This document shows, piece after piece, positions 1 to 13,590 of a stretch of 59,541 bases of DNA. Source of the stretch: Rhynchobatus australiae (Eukaryota); NCBI GenBank assembly GCA_034780895.1, contig JAUZTB010000064.1, positions 98,424,107-98,483,647 of the forward strand. Reading direction: 5' to 3'. The notes beneath the pieces are model-generated. The model saw only the letters and a program-made list of their open reading frames with translations, made no database searches and was not told the origin of the DNA. Every line of letters starts with the position of its first letter. Positions within the stretch are counted from its first letter, which is position 1. The position numbers and the translations under genes were made by a program.

Positions 1-89
1 CCCCAACCTCTGACCTTCAACTTAAAACTGACACGTTTTTCTCTCTTCCCAGTTCCGACAAAGGATCTTTGACTATAGAATGGTGTTGT

Positions 90-675
90 ACAGACATATC
101 TGGGTGTCTTCATCCTTGAATCACAGAATGTAGTCTGCAGATATGGCTGGTGGAATGTTGAACTTTTTGCAAGAGGAATGCAAAGGGGACAATGTCCTGT
201 TGCCACCACATGCCGCTCGTAGATACCTTGCAAGAGAAGATTAACTAGGTTGATTTCTGAGATTTCTGAAGAATAAGTTGGCTCCATACTCATTGGAGTT
301 TTGAAGAGAAGTAACCTTATTAACACATTAGATTCTGAGGGGGATTGTTATTGTCTGTGTAAGTGTTGACAGCATATTTCCCCTCAAGGAGGATTCTCGG
401 ACTGAGCAAATAGTTTCAGAATAAGGGGTCATTTAAGATGGAGATGTAGAATTTTTATCAGAGAGTCACGTATCTTAGGAATTCACTGCTCTGAAGACTA
501 AGTCGTAGTCAAAGTTGAGATCGATGGATTTTTGGACTATAGGGGAGTCATAAGGCATTGACTATCAGGCTGGGGAGTGGATTGAGACCAAGATCAGAGC
601 AGCCGTGAATTTTTTTCAAATGGCAGAAGAGGTTTGATGGGCCTCATGGTCTACTCCTGCTCCAATGTTTTATTT
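90..675 (+). mobile_element. Old CR1-type LINE 3' fragment
   Basis: Degenerate CR1 C-terminal sequence ending in the typical tail gatgggcctcatggtctactcctgctcc. Boundaries approximate. Confidence 0.55.
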
Positions 676-839
676 CAGCAGATCCATTCCAGCATTTTTG
701 GTAAAGATGCTTCTACAGGTGTTGACATCAAAGCCATTTCACTTTCTGTATTGCACGGAATAGGGGTTGCCAACTGAGGGTGAGAACATCTCTTCTGTTG
801 CTCTGTTGCTGCCGTGTTGGAGCTTTGATTCGTTGCTCT

Positions 840-903
840 TGTAGCCGCTTGCGGCGAGTGGAAGTGAAGAAAGACTTGGAGGCGTAGGTGCTCAGTCGAA
901 GCA
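840..903 (-). repeat. 3' LTR of the Gypsy element (visible part)
   Basis: Direct repeat of 3731-3794, truncated by the N gap. Confidence 0.85.
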
Positions 904-1003
904 NNNNNNNNNNNNNNNNNNNNNNNNNNNNNNNNNNNNNNNNNNNNNNNNNNNNNNNNNNNNNNNNNNNNNNNNNNNNNNNNNNNNNNNNNNNNNNNNN
1001 NNN

Positions 1004-2999
1004 TGCCAGGCCGTGTAATGCGTCGAACACTCATCTCCTCCACGCTGCCAGCACCACGGGCCGGGGTCTGCTGGTAGACATGTCGCAGAGGAGTCGGACC
1101 GCCGCTGGGCCAACGAGGATGTCTTCCAAACAGAGCCCTGAAACGGCAGTGCGGTAGGCCAGGATTTCAGTGTCCACCTGTTGCGCCCACGCCAGTGCCT
1201 CGTAGTCGATGCCTGTGGACGGCGTGGCCACGGAGTGGATGCGGGGGGTGGGAGAGCGTGTCGGCGACCATGTTGTTCTTCCCTGCGATATGCCTGATGT
1301 CCATGGTGAACTCAGAGGTGAATGAGAGATGCCTTTGTTGCCGGGCCGACCACGGGTCTGTTACTTTCGCGAACGCGAAGGTGAGGGGCTTGTGGTCCGT
1401 ATACATGGTGGAATCCCTTTTTTCAAGGAAGTACCGGAAATGCTGGATCGCCAGGTAGAGTGCAGGCAACTCCCTGTGGAAAGCGCTGTATTTCACCTCC
1501 GGTGGTCACAGGTGGCGGCTGAAAAATGCCAGCAGTTGCCACTTACCCTCAACGAGTTGCTCCAGGACACCGCCGACCACTGTGTTGGAGGCGTTGACCG
1601 TGAGCGCCGTGGGCACGTCGACTCTCGGGTGTACCAGGAGGGTCGCTTTCGCCGAAGCCTCTTCGGTCCGCTCGAAAGCCTCCGTGGACTCCGTGTCCCA
1701 TTCCACCCCTTTAGCCTTCTTTGCCATCAAACCAAACAGGGGCCTCATGATGCGCGCTGCCGCTGGCACGAAGCGGTGATAGAAGTTCACCGTCCCCACG
1801 AACTCTTGTAGGCCCTTGACCGTGCTGGGCTTGGGGAAACGGCGGATCGCCTGGACTTTGTCCGGTAGCGGGGCAGCGCCGTGCCGTTTTACCCTGTGTC
1901 CTAGGAAGTCGATCTCTCGCAGCCCAAATTGGCACTTCGCCGGGTTGGTTGCCAGGCCGTGGTCGCTCAGGCGTTGGCAGAGCTGGCGCAGGTGTGCCAC
2001 GTGCTTTTGGGCGTGACTGGCCGGCCACCAGGATGTCATCCAGGTAAATGAAAGCGAAATCCAGGCCTCGCCCCACTGAATCCATAAGTCGCTGGGAAGT
2101 CTGGGCGGCGTTCTTGAGGCCGAAAGGCATCCTGAGAAGTTCGAACAACCCAAAGGGGGTGATGAGGGCTGTCGTTGGGGTGTACGGGGATTTGATGATA
2201 CCCCCTGACCAAATCGATCTTTGAGAAGATGGTCGCCCCGTGCAGGTTCGCCGTGAAGTCCTGGATGTGGGGCACTGGGTATCGATCGGTGGTTGTGGTA
2301 TCATTGAGCCACCCGTAGTCTCCGTAGGGCCTCCAACCCCTGGCGGCCTTGGGCACCACGTGCAGCGGCGATGCCCACGGGCTGACCGAGCGCCGGATGA
2401 TCCTCATTTCCTCCATTTTCCAGAAACTCTTCCTTGGTGAGGTGGAGCTTTTTGGGTGGGAGTCTGCAGGCTCGTGTGTGCAGCGGTGGTCCCTGCGTGG
2501 GAATGTGGTGCTGCATGCCGTGCTTGGGGTCGGCAGTAGAGAACTGCGGTGTGATGATGGAGGGTAAATCTGCCAGCACCCTGGCGAACTCGTCACCCGA
2601 GAGTGTGATGGAGTCCAAGTGGAGGGCTGGCACGCGGGCGTCCCCGAGGGGGAACGTCTGGAACGTCTCTGCATGGACCAACCATCGACTAGGTCGACTA
2701 GGAGGCTGTTGGCCCGCAGGAAATCCACCCCTAGTAACGGCCGCGATACCGCCGCTACTGTGAAGGTCCAGGTGAAGGAGCCGGATCTGAAACGCAGCTG
2801 GATGGTACACATGCTGTATGTGTGGATGGTCGTGCCTTTTGCAGCTGAGAGGTCAGGGCCCGGGGTCGCGTTGCGAGTGTCCACGTTGGAGGATGCTGAT
2901 TTCGGCCCGGGTTTCTGCCAGGAAGCGTCGGCCGGAGCGAGCGTCCCACAGGAGAAGGAGGCTGTCGTGATGGCCAGCCGTCGAAGCCACTAGCAACAG
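1004..2999 (-). pseudogene. Gypsy pol remnant (protease-RT-RNase H-integrase N-terminus)
   Basis: FLAETRAEISIL (protease, DTG lost), PWASPLHVVPK, DRYPVPHIQD, FSKIDLVRGYHQIPV, PFGLKNAAQT, YLDDILVA, KCQFG..IDFLGH, YSAFHRE, YTDHKPL, VFDALHGLA, spread over several frames. Confidence 0.9.
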
Positions 3000-3708
3000 C
3001 TGGTCTCGGCGTTTCCCTGGTAGGAACATGGCGGGTGGCAACGGCGTGCATTCGATCCCCATCTTTGATGGTAAAAGCACAATTGGTCCAAGCCTTCCAC
3101 CTTGTCCCTTGCGGGCCCCAGTGGCTTTGGTTGTGGGGCCTTGGGCTTGGGCTGTGTGGTTGTTGCCAGGCAGATGGGAACCGCGCCTCACTGTTTACTC
3201 TGCCACAATATGTCTGCGCGGGCTGTGAGTCTACGGGGGGGTTGCTGAAACCCTCGCCCGCGAGGAGGGGGCGCAGGTCCTCTGGCAGTTGCTCGAAGAA
3301 CAGCTGTTTGAATAGGAAGCACGGCTTATGGCCGTCCATTAGCGCCAGCGTGTCGTCCATCAGCTCAGATGGCTTCCGGTCGCGCAGGCCGTCCATATGC
3401 AGGAGGCGTGTGGCCCGTTCTCGGCTGGAAAGGCCGAAGGTGTGGATGAGGAGCGCTTTAACTTTAGCGTACCTGTCCTCTGCTGGTGGTCGGTGGAGGA
3501 AGTCGATGATCGGGCCCGCCGTGTCCTGGTCGAGTGTGCTGACCGTGTAGTAGTACCGCGTGGTGTCGACTGTAATTTCTCGGATGCTGAACTGGGCCTC
3601 AGACTGCCCCAACCACACGTGGGGCTGGGCGGCCCAGAACGTCGGGAGCTTAAGGGCGACTGTGCTGTGCGAGTCGCTGGAGCTCATGTCGTGGATCCCA
3701 GATGCCAT
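3000..3708 (-). pseudogene. Gypsy gag remnant
   Basis: VALKLPTFWAAQPHVWLGQSEAQF...LRDRKPSELMD, a recognisable retrotransposon gag N-terminus. Frameshifted towards the 3' end. Confidence 0.8.
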
Positions 3709-3730
3709 CTGGAAGCGTTGCTGTCACCAA

Positions 3731-3975
3731 TGCAGCCATTTGCAGCGAGTGGAAGTGAAGAAAGACTCGGAGGCGTGTATGCTCAGTTGAAGCACACTTT
3801 ACTAGAGAGACTGGAACTCGCATGCGTGCGTAAAAATATGCAAGGGGCCAGGCAGTGGATGTGGTGTCAGAGCCCTGCCGGAAGACCTGCCCCGAGGGTC
3901 GATCATAAGGCACTCCCACATGACCTCCCGCAGCCGTTGATGGCGGCTCAATATCCGCGAGCCCGGGTCACTACA
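3731..3975 (-). repeat. 5' LTR of the Gypsy element (245 bp)
   Basis: First 64 bp match 840-903 (9 mismatches by eye). Followed on the minus strand by a PBS-like TGGTGACAGCAACG at about 3716-3729 and then the gag ATG at 3708. Confidence 0.85.
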
Positions 3976-6534
3976 CTCTTTCTATTGGTACTCCATAGGT
4001 AGGCGCTGGATAAGTTAGCAACAACATAGCCACATTTGAAAATCACTGTCTTAATGTTTCAAGTGTTATATTGGTACCTTTATTTAATACAAAGCGGTTT
4101 TGGGTTCCCCTTTACATTAAAATCATGGAATCAAATCAGCAAAACAGCTTAGTACTTTAAAGCTAAAGTTGTGAGTTCACCTCTAGTATGTAGTTTCACA
4201 TCCCAGGGAGCTTCTACTGAAGGCAGAACAGCAAGCTAAAGGCAATGCATTTTAAGGATACTCTTTTGATCCATTGCATCTTTATTTTCAAAATTACTTT
4301 TGCAATCTGGCTGAGTATGTAACAATAAACATGCTGAAAAATTGTTAAAACATGCCAAATTAAGGCCTAATTTAGGAGAGGAGGTTGACATTTATGATGA
4401 ATTGGGACAGAGAAACACAGATTACTTTGAGTGATTGAGGGTCCAGAGAGATAAGGAGGGGAAAGAGATAAAAGGCAAATTATAACTGATTTTGGCCAAT
4501 GAGCAAGGCCAACAAATTTTACACAGAGCTTTATGGGGCTGTGGAATTAACTACCACCTTAAATGTTTGAGGTAAATGTCATGTTAACATTAAGCAATTG
4601 GTCAAGTAATTGTGAAGGAAAGCATAAATGAAGGAATTTGGGAACAGGATGGGCATGTGGTATTAGATCGTAACTCGAGAGGATAATAAACACTAACAGG
4701 AAGGGTCTTCTTCCATATTGCACTTACCATGCAGAGAAAATCACATTTTGTCTGTGACACTAAACATTAACTGCTTGTGCGACAGAAGTCAGGATATGCA
4801 TTCAAGCACATTAAATGCAGGGTTTGTTTCTGTTAAATTCAATGAAAAACAGTCAGACCATTGCTGACTCAATAACTAAAACACAACTCAGTATCCATAG
4901 TCTAACTGAACTAAGATCACAATGGATTTGTTGAAAAATCAAAGTCATTTTTTACCATAATGTTTTGCTAGATCATCAGTTAAGTATGTTTTTCTCTTTN
5001 NNNNNNNNNNNNNNNNNNNNNNNNNNNNNNNNNNNNNNNNNNNNNNNNNNNNNNNNNNNNNNNNNNNNNNNNNNNNNNNNNNNNNNNNNNNNNNNNNNNG
5101 ATCATCAGTTAAGTATGTTTTTCTCTTTCCGCAGATGCTGAGAGTTTCCAGCATTTTCTGGTTTTACTTTGCATAACGGATTGGGTTCAGGAAGCCCAAT
5201 CATATTAACATATGTTAGCAGAGAGAGAATACTATTATCCTATCTATCTAGGATTGAACCTATACTCATGAAGTAGAAGTATAATATGGTAATATATTAA
5301 TTGACACAATATTAGCCAAGGAATTTATTTGTAATTACCAATAGGAGGTTATTAGCTATTACAACATTAGCAAATCTATGATTTCTGATAAATTCTGCAT
5401 GTAATCTTACTACAAAAAATAAAAGCCCTATTTAATATGAATGCATATTTTTCCTCAAAATACATGATCACTGAAAAAACTTAACCATCTACATTTCAGA
5501 AGTGTCCTAAAATGATTATCACACAATGAACTAGCATGAGGTTTGATATCCTTTATCATGGGAATCACAATACCCATTTTATGTATGAGTTCAACAAAAA
5601 AGTGTGAGATGGTTTTACAGTTGATTTATTTTTATTGGTGATAATTGGGAGAGGAATGTCAGTCAAGAAGTAAAGATGGACTTGGCACATGGGACACTGA
5701 TGTCTTTTAAAGGGTGAGAAAGGTCATTTTTTCAGTGAAGTAAGTGAGAACATTGTTGATACCACAGCTCGAGTCTTCCAAATTAGGGAACCATCCCTTT
5801 AATTAGAAAATTATGAATGCCACTCTGTTCTGAAAAAGCAAAACCAGGATATTATAGACATGTTAGGCAAACATCTGTTGTCAGGAGATTTAGTATTTAA
5901 GAATAGTCAAATTAATTATTGTATTAATACATATGCTGCATTCTTTCATCCTAAGCTTTTATTGTGGGTAATTATTCTACATTTGTTGAACCAAAGGTTC
6001 CTGTTATGAACCAGTTTACTATTGGTGAATGTCCCTTTCAGATAGGGCATGTGTGGCGTAGTTACAACAACAGGACATTATGATGTTTTTGAAGCAGTCA
6101 GTCAGAGGAAAGAGAGAGAGACATCAGTCTGCTAGTCTCTATCGATGGATGAAAAGCAGTAACTCTGCCTGTCACTACAATCCACGTATGGATTGTTGGA
6201 GTAATTACGTGGAGTCCACTTTGTTGTTAACCTGTAGAGGGAAACAGGTATTTCTGTGGATGGNNNNNNNNNNNNNNNNNNNNNNNNNNNNNNNNNNNNN
6301 NNNNNNNNNNNNNNNNNNNNNNNNNNNNNNNNNNNNNNNNNNNNNNNNNNNNNNNNNNNNNNNTACTTTATCAGTGCCTCAGCCCCAGTATCAAAGCGTA
6401 GACTGACTGTACGAATGTGACATATTTTTCCATTTCTTATACCAATCATGCATTGGACAATTTGGAATAAGATTCATATGTTGATGCTACCGGTGTACTG
6501 ATATGGATCAGATTATTAAGTTTCTTTTATTCAA

Positions 6535-8305
6535 CAATGGGTACAAATACTAAAATTAAGCAGCAAAACAAAGCTACAAAATGAAGTCAGGCAGCATTGG
6601 CGACGACAGTTCATCCCTTCCCAGTGAGCTTAACACATTCTATGCACGTTTTGAAAAGAAGGGGACTGGAATGTCACCACCCACTCTGACAGCCTCCAAT
6701 GTACCTGAACCCACAGTCAACACTGCGGACTAAGATCAGTCTTCTGGACAGTGAACCCGCGGAAAGCATCTGGCCCAGATGGTGTCCCTGGCTGTGTCCT
6801 TAGATCCTGCACAGATCAGCTGGCAGGGATATTTGCAGACATTTTTAACCTCTCCCTGCTTCAATCCGAGGTTCCCACCTGCTTTAAGAAGACCGCTAAT
6901 CCTGGTACCTATGGAAAATAAGGTAACGTGCCTTAATGATTTCTGTCCGTTGGCTCTGACATCCACCATCATGAAGTGCTTTGAGAGGCTGGTCATGGCA
7001 CGCATTAACTCCAGCCTCCCGGACAACCTCAACCCACTGCAATTCGCTTACTGCTGAAACAGGTCTATGATAGACGCTATCTCCCTGCCCTACACTCACC
7101 TCTGGAGCATGTGGACAGTAAAGATACCTACCTTAGACTACTGTTTATTGGCTACAGCTCTGCCTTCAATACTATAATTCCAAGCATCACCAAACCCCTA
7201 CACCTAGGACTCAACACCTCCCTTTGCAACTGGATTCTTGACTTCCTGACCAACAGATTGCAATCAGTAAGGATAGGCAGCAACACCTCCACCATGATTA
7301 TTTTTGGCACTGGTACCCCACAAGACTGTGTTTTCAGCCCTCTACTCCAGTCACTATACACTCACGACTGCACCGCCAGATTCTGCTCTAACTCCATCTA
7401 CAGATTGGCTGATGATGCCACCATAGTGAGCCGTATCTCAAATAATGATGAGTTGGAGTACAGGATGGAGATCGAGACCCTAGTGACATGGTGTCATGAC
7501 GACAACCTTTCCCTCAATGTCAGCAAAAAGAGAGCTGGTCATTGGCTTCAGTTAGGGGGATAGTGCACATGCTCCTGTTTACATCAATGGTGCTGAAGTT
7601 GAGAGGGCTGAGAGCTTCCATTTCCTAGAAGTGAACATCGCCAATAGCGTGTTATGGTCCAACCACATTGACGCCACGGCCAAGAAAGCTCACCGGCATC
7701 TCTACTTCCTTAGGAGTCTAAAGAAATTTGGCATGTCCCCTTTGACCTTCATCAATTTTTATTGATGCACAGTAGAAAGCATCCTATCCGGAAGCATCAT
7801 GGCTTGGTATGGCAACTGCTCAGGCTGTGTCCACAAGAAACTGTAGAGAGTTATGGACACAGTTCAGCACATCAGGGAAACCAGCCTCTCTTCTCTTTAC
7901 ACTTCCCACTCCCTTGATAATGCAGACAGCATAATCAAAGATCCCATCCACCCTGGACATTCTCTGTTCTCCCTCCTCCCATTAAGCAGAAGATACAAAA
8001 GCCTGAAAGAATGTACCACCAGGCTCAAGGACAGCTTCTCTTCCATTGTTATAAGACTATTGATAAATAGCCCTAGTATGATAAGATGGACTCTTGACCT
8101 CACAGTCTATCTTGTTAAGACCTTTCACCTTATTGTCTACCTACACTTTCTCTGTAACTGTCACACTTCATTCTGCATTCTGTTATTGTTTTACCTTGTA
8201 CTACCTCAATGCTCTGTTGTAATGAATTGATCTGTACGAACGGTATACAAGACAAGTTTTTCACTGTACCTTGGTACATGTGACAATAATAAACCAATTC
8301 ACCAA
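6535..8305 (+). mobile_element. Rex1/Babar-type LINE, 5'-truncated and degenerate
   Basis: [113 protein letters not shown]. Tail ttttcactgtaccttggtacatgtgacaataataaaccaattcaccaa. Confidence 0.88.
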
Positions 8306-9214
8306 CTGCACAGGAGCTCAACTTAGCCATTTTCTAGACAGCAAATTTTTAATGGTCCAGAATTTATGGTCTATAGTGAAGTGCAGGCAACCAGTGGAGA
8401 AGGTATTGGATCACTGACGCCACTTTGTGATATCTGTTTTAAACTAAATATATTCATTAACAATAATAGCTTTGCTATCATAAAGGTATAAAGATATATC
8501 ATAATAAAGATATATCATATCATATCATCATATCATATCATTACTGGAACAGCTTTAATGCTGTTTATTCTTATAAGTAAGAAAGGTTCCTTTCTTAAGT
8601 TTCCAGGTTTCCAAGAACTTTCTTGAAATAATTTTTCCGCAGAATCAAATGGTGCTATGTTCAGCGCGAATCATTTATTGAGGAAATGTGACAAACTTTC
8701 ATCTTCAATCATAAGTTGCATCGATGCTTAAAGGAATTTCCTTTGTATCAACATAAATGTAGTAGAAAAAAAGGAGTTCTAAATTCATGAAAGATAGTGA
8801 TTCTGCACCATTTATTCATCACATGCATTCAAAATGGATCCTTTTTGGTCAGGTTGGCTTTGCTTGATCNNNNNNNNNNNNNNNNNNNNNNNNNNNNNNN
8901 NNNNNNNNNNNNNNNNNNNNNNNNNNNNNNNNNNNNNNNNNNNNNNNNNNNNNNNNNNNNNNNNNNNNNNNNNNNNNNNNNNNNNNNNNNNNNNNNNNNN
9001 NNNNNNNNNNNNNNNNNNNNNNNNNNNNNNNNNNNNNNNNNNNNNNNNNNNNNNNNNNNNNNNNNNNNNNNNNNNNNNNNNNNNNNNNNNNNNNNNNNNN
9101 NNNNNNNNNNNNNNNNNNNNNNNNNNNNNNNNNNNNNNNNNNNNNNNNNNNNNNNNNNNNNNNNNNNNNNNNNNNNNNNNNNNNNNNNGACTAGATAATC
9201 TGTTTTAATGATAT

Positions 9215-9512
9215 TAGTTGATGGATAAAAGTTCACCAGGACACCAGTAAGAATTCTCCCATGTCTCTTTGCAAAGTGCTATGGGATATTTCAGATTCCT
9301 CCAAGAAAGGGCAGCCTTAGCTGTTAGAATTAAGATAATTAAGCTTGTTAATTTTCTGTAAACACTGTTATTTGACTGATCTGTCATTTCATCTTTCAGT
9401 ACTGCATTCAAGTGACAGCCAAGATTACACACACAGGTCTCCAGGACAGCAATTGAATCCACGACCTTCTGACACAGACGTGAGAATGGTACCAACTGAA
9501 CCATGAGTGACA
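9215..9512 (-). mobile_element. Deu-domain (SacSINE1/AmnSINE-like) SINE remnant
   Basis: Reverse complement resembles the copy at 54610-55010: tRNA-like head gtcagaaggtcgtggattcaa, then ...cacttgaatgcagtactga.... Confidence 0.5.
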
Positions 9513-10224
9513 TAAAGTACATTAAATTAATAGGGCAGTTCCCTGCTTCCCCCATAGAGAAATTCCCTCAGTGGACTATCTGCATCTCAAACTGCAAAAA
9601 TGCTCTTCCTCAACAGATTCTAAGTTTCTTTGGATAAAATGCGGGAACGGTGACTTTCAGGGAAGAGTGGGAGAAAGATGAAGAGAGAGAAAATAATAAA
9701 ATGTATTATCTTGGTAGTTAAATAATACTTAGCTATAACACCACAGAGTTAGAACTAAAGAACTATCTGTCTATGCTAATGTGGCCTGAAAGCTGAAGTC
9801 TGATGCCAAATGGTTGGCCAGAGGATACTCAATAGATTTCATTGTAGAAAGGTTTAATTGTTCATAAAGTTACTGCTCTTTTAAGATATGTTTTAGCTTT
9901 TTCTTTATCTTTTCTTCCCATTCTTTGCCCCATTTTCTATTTTGGGATTACTCTGTAGGTGCCTAAGTCTTTCTTTCTGCCCTGTCCCAATCAATTTTAC
10001 TTCCTCATTGTTATCTGTCCGTCACCTCTTCAACCCTCTTTATTAATGCTTTTTTTTCACCTTTCTCTGTTGTTTCTTGTCCTCACCTAGATATTTTCAG
10101 TCTAATGGGACTGTCCCTTCCTCTAAAAGGATGATGAGTCAATAAAGATGCATTGTGGAATATTTCTTTCTGAATACATGTTATAGTCTTGTCACAACAA
10201 ACAATCTGATGCTGTCACTGAACT

Positions 10225-10585
10225 CCACATAACCTCAGCATTTACAGCAATGAAGAGCCCCAATTGTATTCCCACTTTACTATCCACAAAATGTACTGCA
10301 GTTACCCACCTAAGATGCACTGACAGCACCTCTCAAACCCATGGTATTGCCACCAAGAAGGATAAAGGCAACAAATGAAAGTTCCCCTCAAAGTCACATA
10401 TCATCCTAACTTGGAAATTGCTTCAGCGTCATCTGGTGAAATCCTGGAAATGGGTACTCAATAACATTCTGGGTGTACCTTCACCAGAAGGACTGCCACA
10501 GTTCATTACCACCTTCTCAAGGGCAATTAGCCATGGGCAGTAAACGCTGGTCTCATCAACAATGCCCACGTCCCAAAAATGTAGT
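10225..10585 (+). mobile_element. CR1-clade LINE 3' end (second family)
   Basis: Degenerate IHKMYCSYPPK..QHLSNP coding end plus tail ccaccttctcaagggcaattag..tgggcagtaaacgctgg, shared with 11690-12050 (-) and 13440-13590 (+). Confidence 0.6.
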
Positions 10586-11689
10586 AAATTGCTGTGAACT
10601 TCGGAATGACAGAAAGAATTCCACATACAGCTAATTGCATGCCCAAGCCACACGGCCTCCAACAGTGACCAATTTCCACGAAATGAAACAACAAAATAGA
10701 GCAATCAGCCATGTTCAATTGTTAAAAATTGCCATTGATCTGCAGATGTGTTATAACTGAATAGTTTAAATATGGGTTTCATGACAGCAAATAAATGAAG
10801 AAAGACCATCTTTTGCAAATGATCTTATTCACTCCAGTATCAATCTTACTGACAGCTTAGTTCTGGACCATTTAGGCACATGTCCACAAATAATTATTAG
10901 CTGGAAAGAGAGAAGCACTGCTGTTTTTAGTACCTGTGGGTGGATTTGAGTAAGTGGCTGGTGAAATGAATTGGAAACTAAGCTGTTGCTATAGAAATTA
11001 CATGCATACTTACATCGCTGCTGAATGCAGAATGACAGGACACCATTCATGCACACCAACCGCATGACTGGGCTATTCTAAGTTTTAGGTTGGGTTCACT
11101 TCCTGGGTGGAAAGTTGATAGAAAGCTGCAGAGAAAATAATAGACCTGGAGTCCGTCTACTCGTGCAAGAAATTGGTGGGAATGTGTTCCCAGTCTTGCA
11201 ATTGGGAAAGGTGGAGTTGCAGGCAGTGAGTGCTTCAGCTACTCATAATATTAGGAGAGGAGCAATCCTACTCTTTCTGGCACCATAAAAGAAAGAGACA
11301 AACCCTTTCAGCCTATTCTGGAGTTGATTATCTTCAAATCAGGTTTAAACTTTAAGGCGAAACAGCAGCTGCTTCCTTACTCAGTCCATTCAGTTAAAAC
11401 AGTAATTGAATCTAAAGAAAGTCCCTGTTTTGGGTGGATGTCCTTGCTCAGAAGACCAGCTTAAAATAATGGAAGGTGGGATTTTTGTGGTTTTTGAACA
11501 AATATGCACACATGAAACTGTTAGTTTCTGCTAGATCATTAGGATTGTAATTAATTCTAAATTCTCTATGTCAATGTGAATAAAGCTTCTGCTGTTAGTA
11601 TTCACATTCAAATGAACACTGGTGCTAGGTAAATCATAGAGTTCAATGTGGAAGATCTTGATTTTTTATTGCTTTGCTTTATTCTTTTT

Positions 11690-12050
11690 CTTTGATATGT
11701 GGCCATTGCTAGTAAGGCCAGCATTTATTGACCATCCTCAATTGGCCCTTGAGAAGGTGGTGATAAATGACCTTCTTGAATTTTTCATTCTTTCTGGTGA
11801 AGCTTCTCTCAAGAATTCTATTGGGTAGGGAGGTCCAGGGATTATAACCAACAACAATGTAGGAATGATGATATATTTCCAAGTCAGAATGGTGCAGAAC
11901 TTGCAGAAGAACCTGTAGATTCTGGTGTTGTAGTCATCTCTGTGAGTATCTGCACTGCACTTTTTCAGTGGTATACATTGCAACCACTGTGGGATGATAG
12001 TGGAGGGCGTAAATATTCAGGTTGGTGGATTGGGTCCAATCTAGTGGGTG
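11690..12050 (-). mobile_element. CR1-clade LINE 3' end (second family)
   Basis: ggccagcatttattgaccatcctcaattggcccttgagaaggtgg is the reverse complement of the tail at about 10510-10555. Confidence 0.6.
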
Positions 12051-12156
12051 CCGATATTCTAAATTGGCTTATAGCGTCAAAACTATGCTGGACCACAAAG
12101 ATGCCTCTGCTGCCAGCAGCTAAACAGCACAAAAAATACTTGAGAAGGAATCAGCA

Positions 12157-12159
<3 letters not shown>

Positions 12160-12191
<32 letters not shown>
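12160..12191. repeat. (GA)n microsatellite
   Basis: Seen directly. Confidence 0.95.
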
Positions 12192-12193
<2 letters not shown>

Positions 12194-13439
12194 TTACTGA
12201 TAAGGAAAATTGATTTAGTTTAGGAGACAAACTAATTAATAGGATTCTTTGCTTAGTTGAGCTGCAGGATTTTGGATTTATATTGCTCAGGACATTACTT
12301 GTGAATGACTTTTGGGATGGAACGTTGGTGTGATGAATGTGTCACTAGGGGGCACTGCTTTGAAGGTCAATGAAAATGAGAATTGTATTTTTAAATAAAT
12401 ACATATGATGTTTTTCTTGTTAGGTTTGTTATTCCCAAAGACTGTAAGCATAGGTTTGCAAGGACATTCAACCTGTTTGTTCATAAATTCTTCCAATTAT
12501 TGTTTAAAGCTGCAAAGTGAACAGCCTACTGTAAATTCATTTTTTTTTCTCCCTGAATCTTTAAATTAAATATTTATTATTCCAAAGTACAAAGGGAAAT
12601 AAAAAAAATGTGAGTTAACTTCTGCGTTAAGAGTGAGTCTTTGTTTCCGCACATTGTCATTTAAGATAAAATGATATCAGCCAAAGGCCTGTTTGAAGCT
12701 TAATTCTTGTAATCTTCAACACACAATCTGACACTACTTAAATCAATGATAAGAATTTATTTTGGAAGAATAGTCATGCGCAAGAACACCGTACCAATTT
12801 CACAAACGTCACTATACAAAAATGTTACAAAGTCTTCAAAGTTCTATATTATTTTGTGTCACAGATCCAATACATTGTATATTTTTCACTTGTAATAATT
12901 TCTCTAATAATCTTTCTTTCTCTACTCTCTAGTAATTTTTCTTTCAATATCCTTTTCTTCTTTTTATAGCTCTTTTCAATACTTGAGCCTTAAATGTAAC
13001 AATTTCTACTTAAGATAAGTGGGGAATGATCAGCAGGAATAGCTTTAGATTTTGCAATGACGAAACAGCAGCTGCAACAAATGTTCAGTGTATGTTGAAT
13101 TTGCTGCTTGATGCAGATTGTAGAGATAAAATCAATGCATGTAAAGGTAGGAGTGACAAACTGAAAGCCTAAAAAGATGACTCAGTTTTTAACTTTATAG
13201 ATTGTTTTTCCACTACAAGTAGAATATGAGAAAATCAGAGCAACATGGATGGACTTTGTTAAGGACTGTGCTTTTCCAGATCTGTTTACTTGATTTCAGA
13301 TTTGTTTTTACTTTGAATAAGTAAACAGCATGGTAATATTTCAGTAAAGTATCAACTCCTTTATATTAAAGTCAAAATATACACTTTGCAATTACCTGGT
13401 AGTTCCACAACATGGAGAGAATAAATATGTATATCCCAT

Positions 13440-13590
13440 CATTGAGTGGCACAAAGCACTTCCCAACAGCACAGTGGGAGCACCTTCCCCAGAAGGACTG
13501 CAGTGGTTCAAGAAAGTGTTATTATCTTCTCAAGGTCCTTTGGGGATGGGTAACATCAATAATATCCGCATCGCAAAAATAAATAAATAG
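13440..13590 (+). mobile_element. CR1-clade LINE 3' tail (second family)
   Basis: caccttccccagaaggactgcagtggttcaagaa...ttctcaagg matches the copy at about 10475-10525. Confidence 0.55.

Larger units (their letters stand above)
840..3975 (-). mobile_element. Degenerate Ty3/Gypsy LTR retrotransposon (probably Mag-like clade)
   Basis: Termini TGTAG (840)...CTACA (3975) flanked by a CTCT duplication (836-839, 3976-3979). LTR copies at 840-903(+gap) and 3731-3975. Minus-strand gag, protease, RT (YLDDILVA), RNase H (YTDHKPL) and integrase start, in Gypsy order, with frameshifts. Most of the integrase and 3' LTR lie in the gap 904-1003. Confidence 0.93.

Noticed and set aside
1195-4002. Plus-strand ORFs over the Gypsy element
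   Set aside because: Antisense shadow ORFs of GC-rich retroelement sequence.
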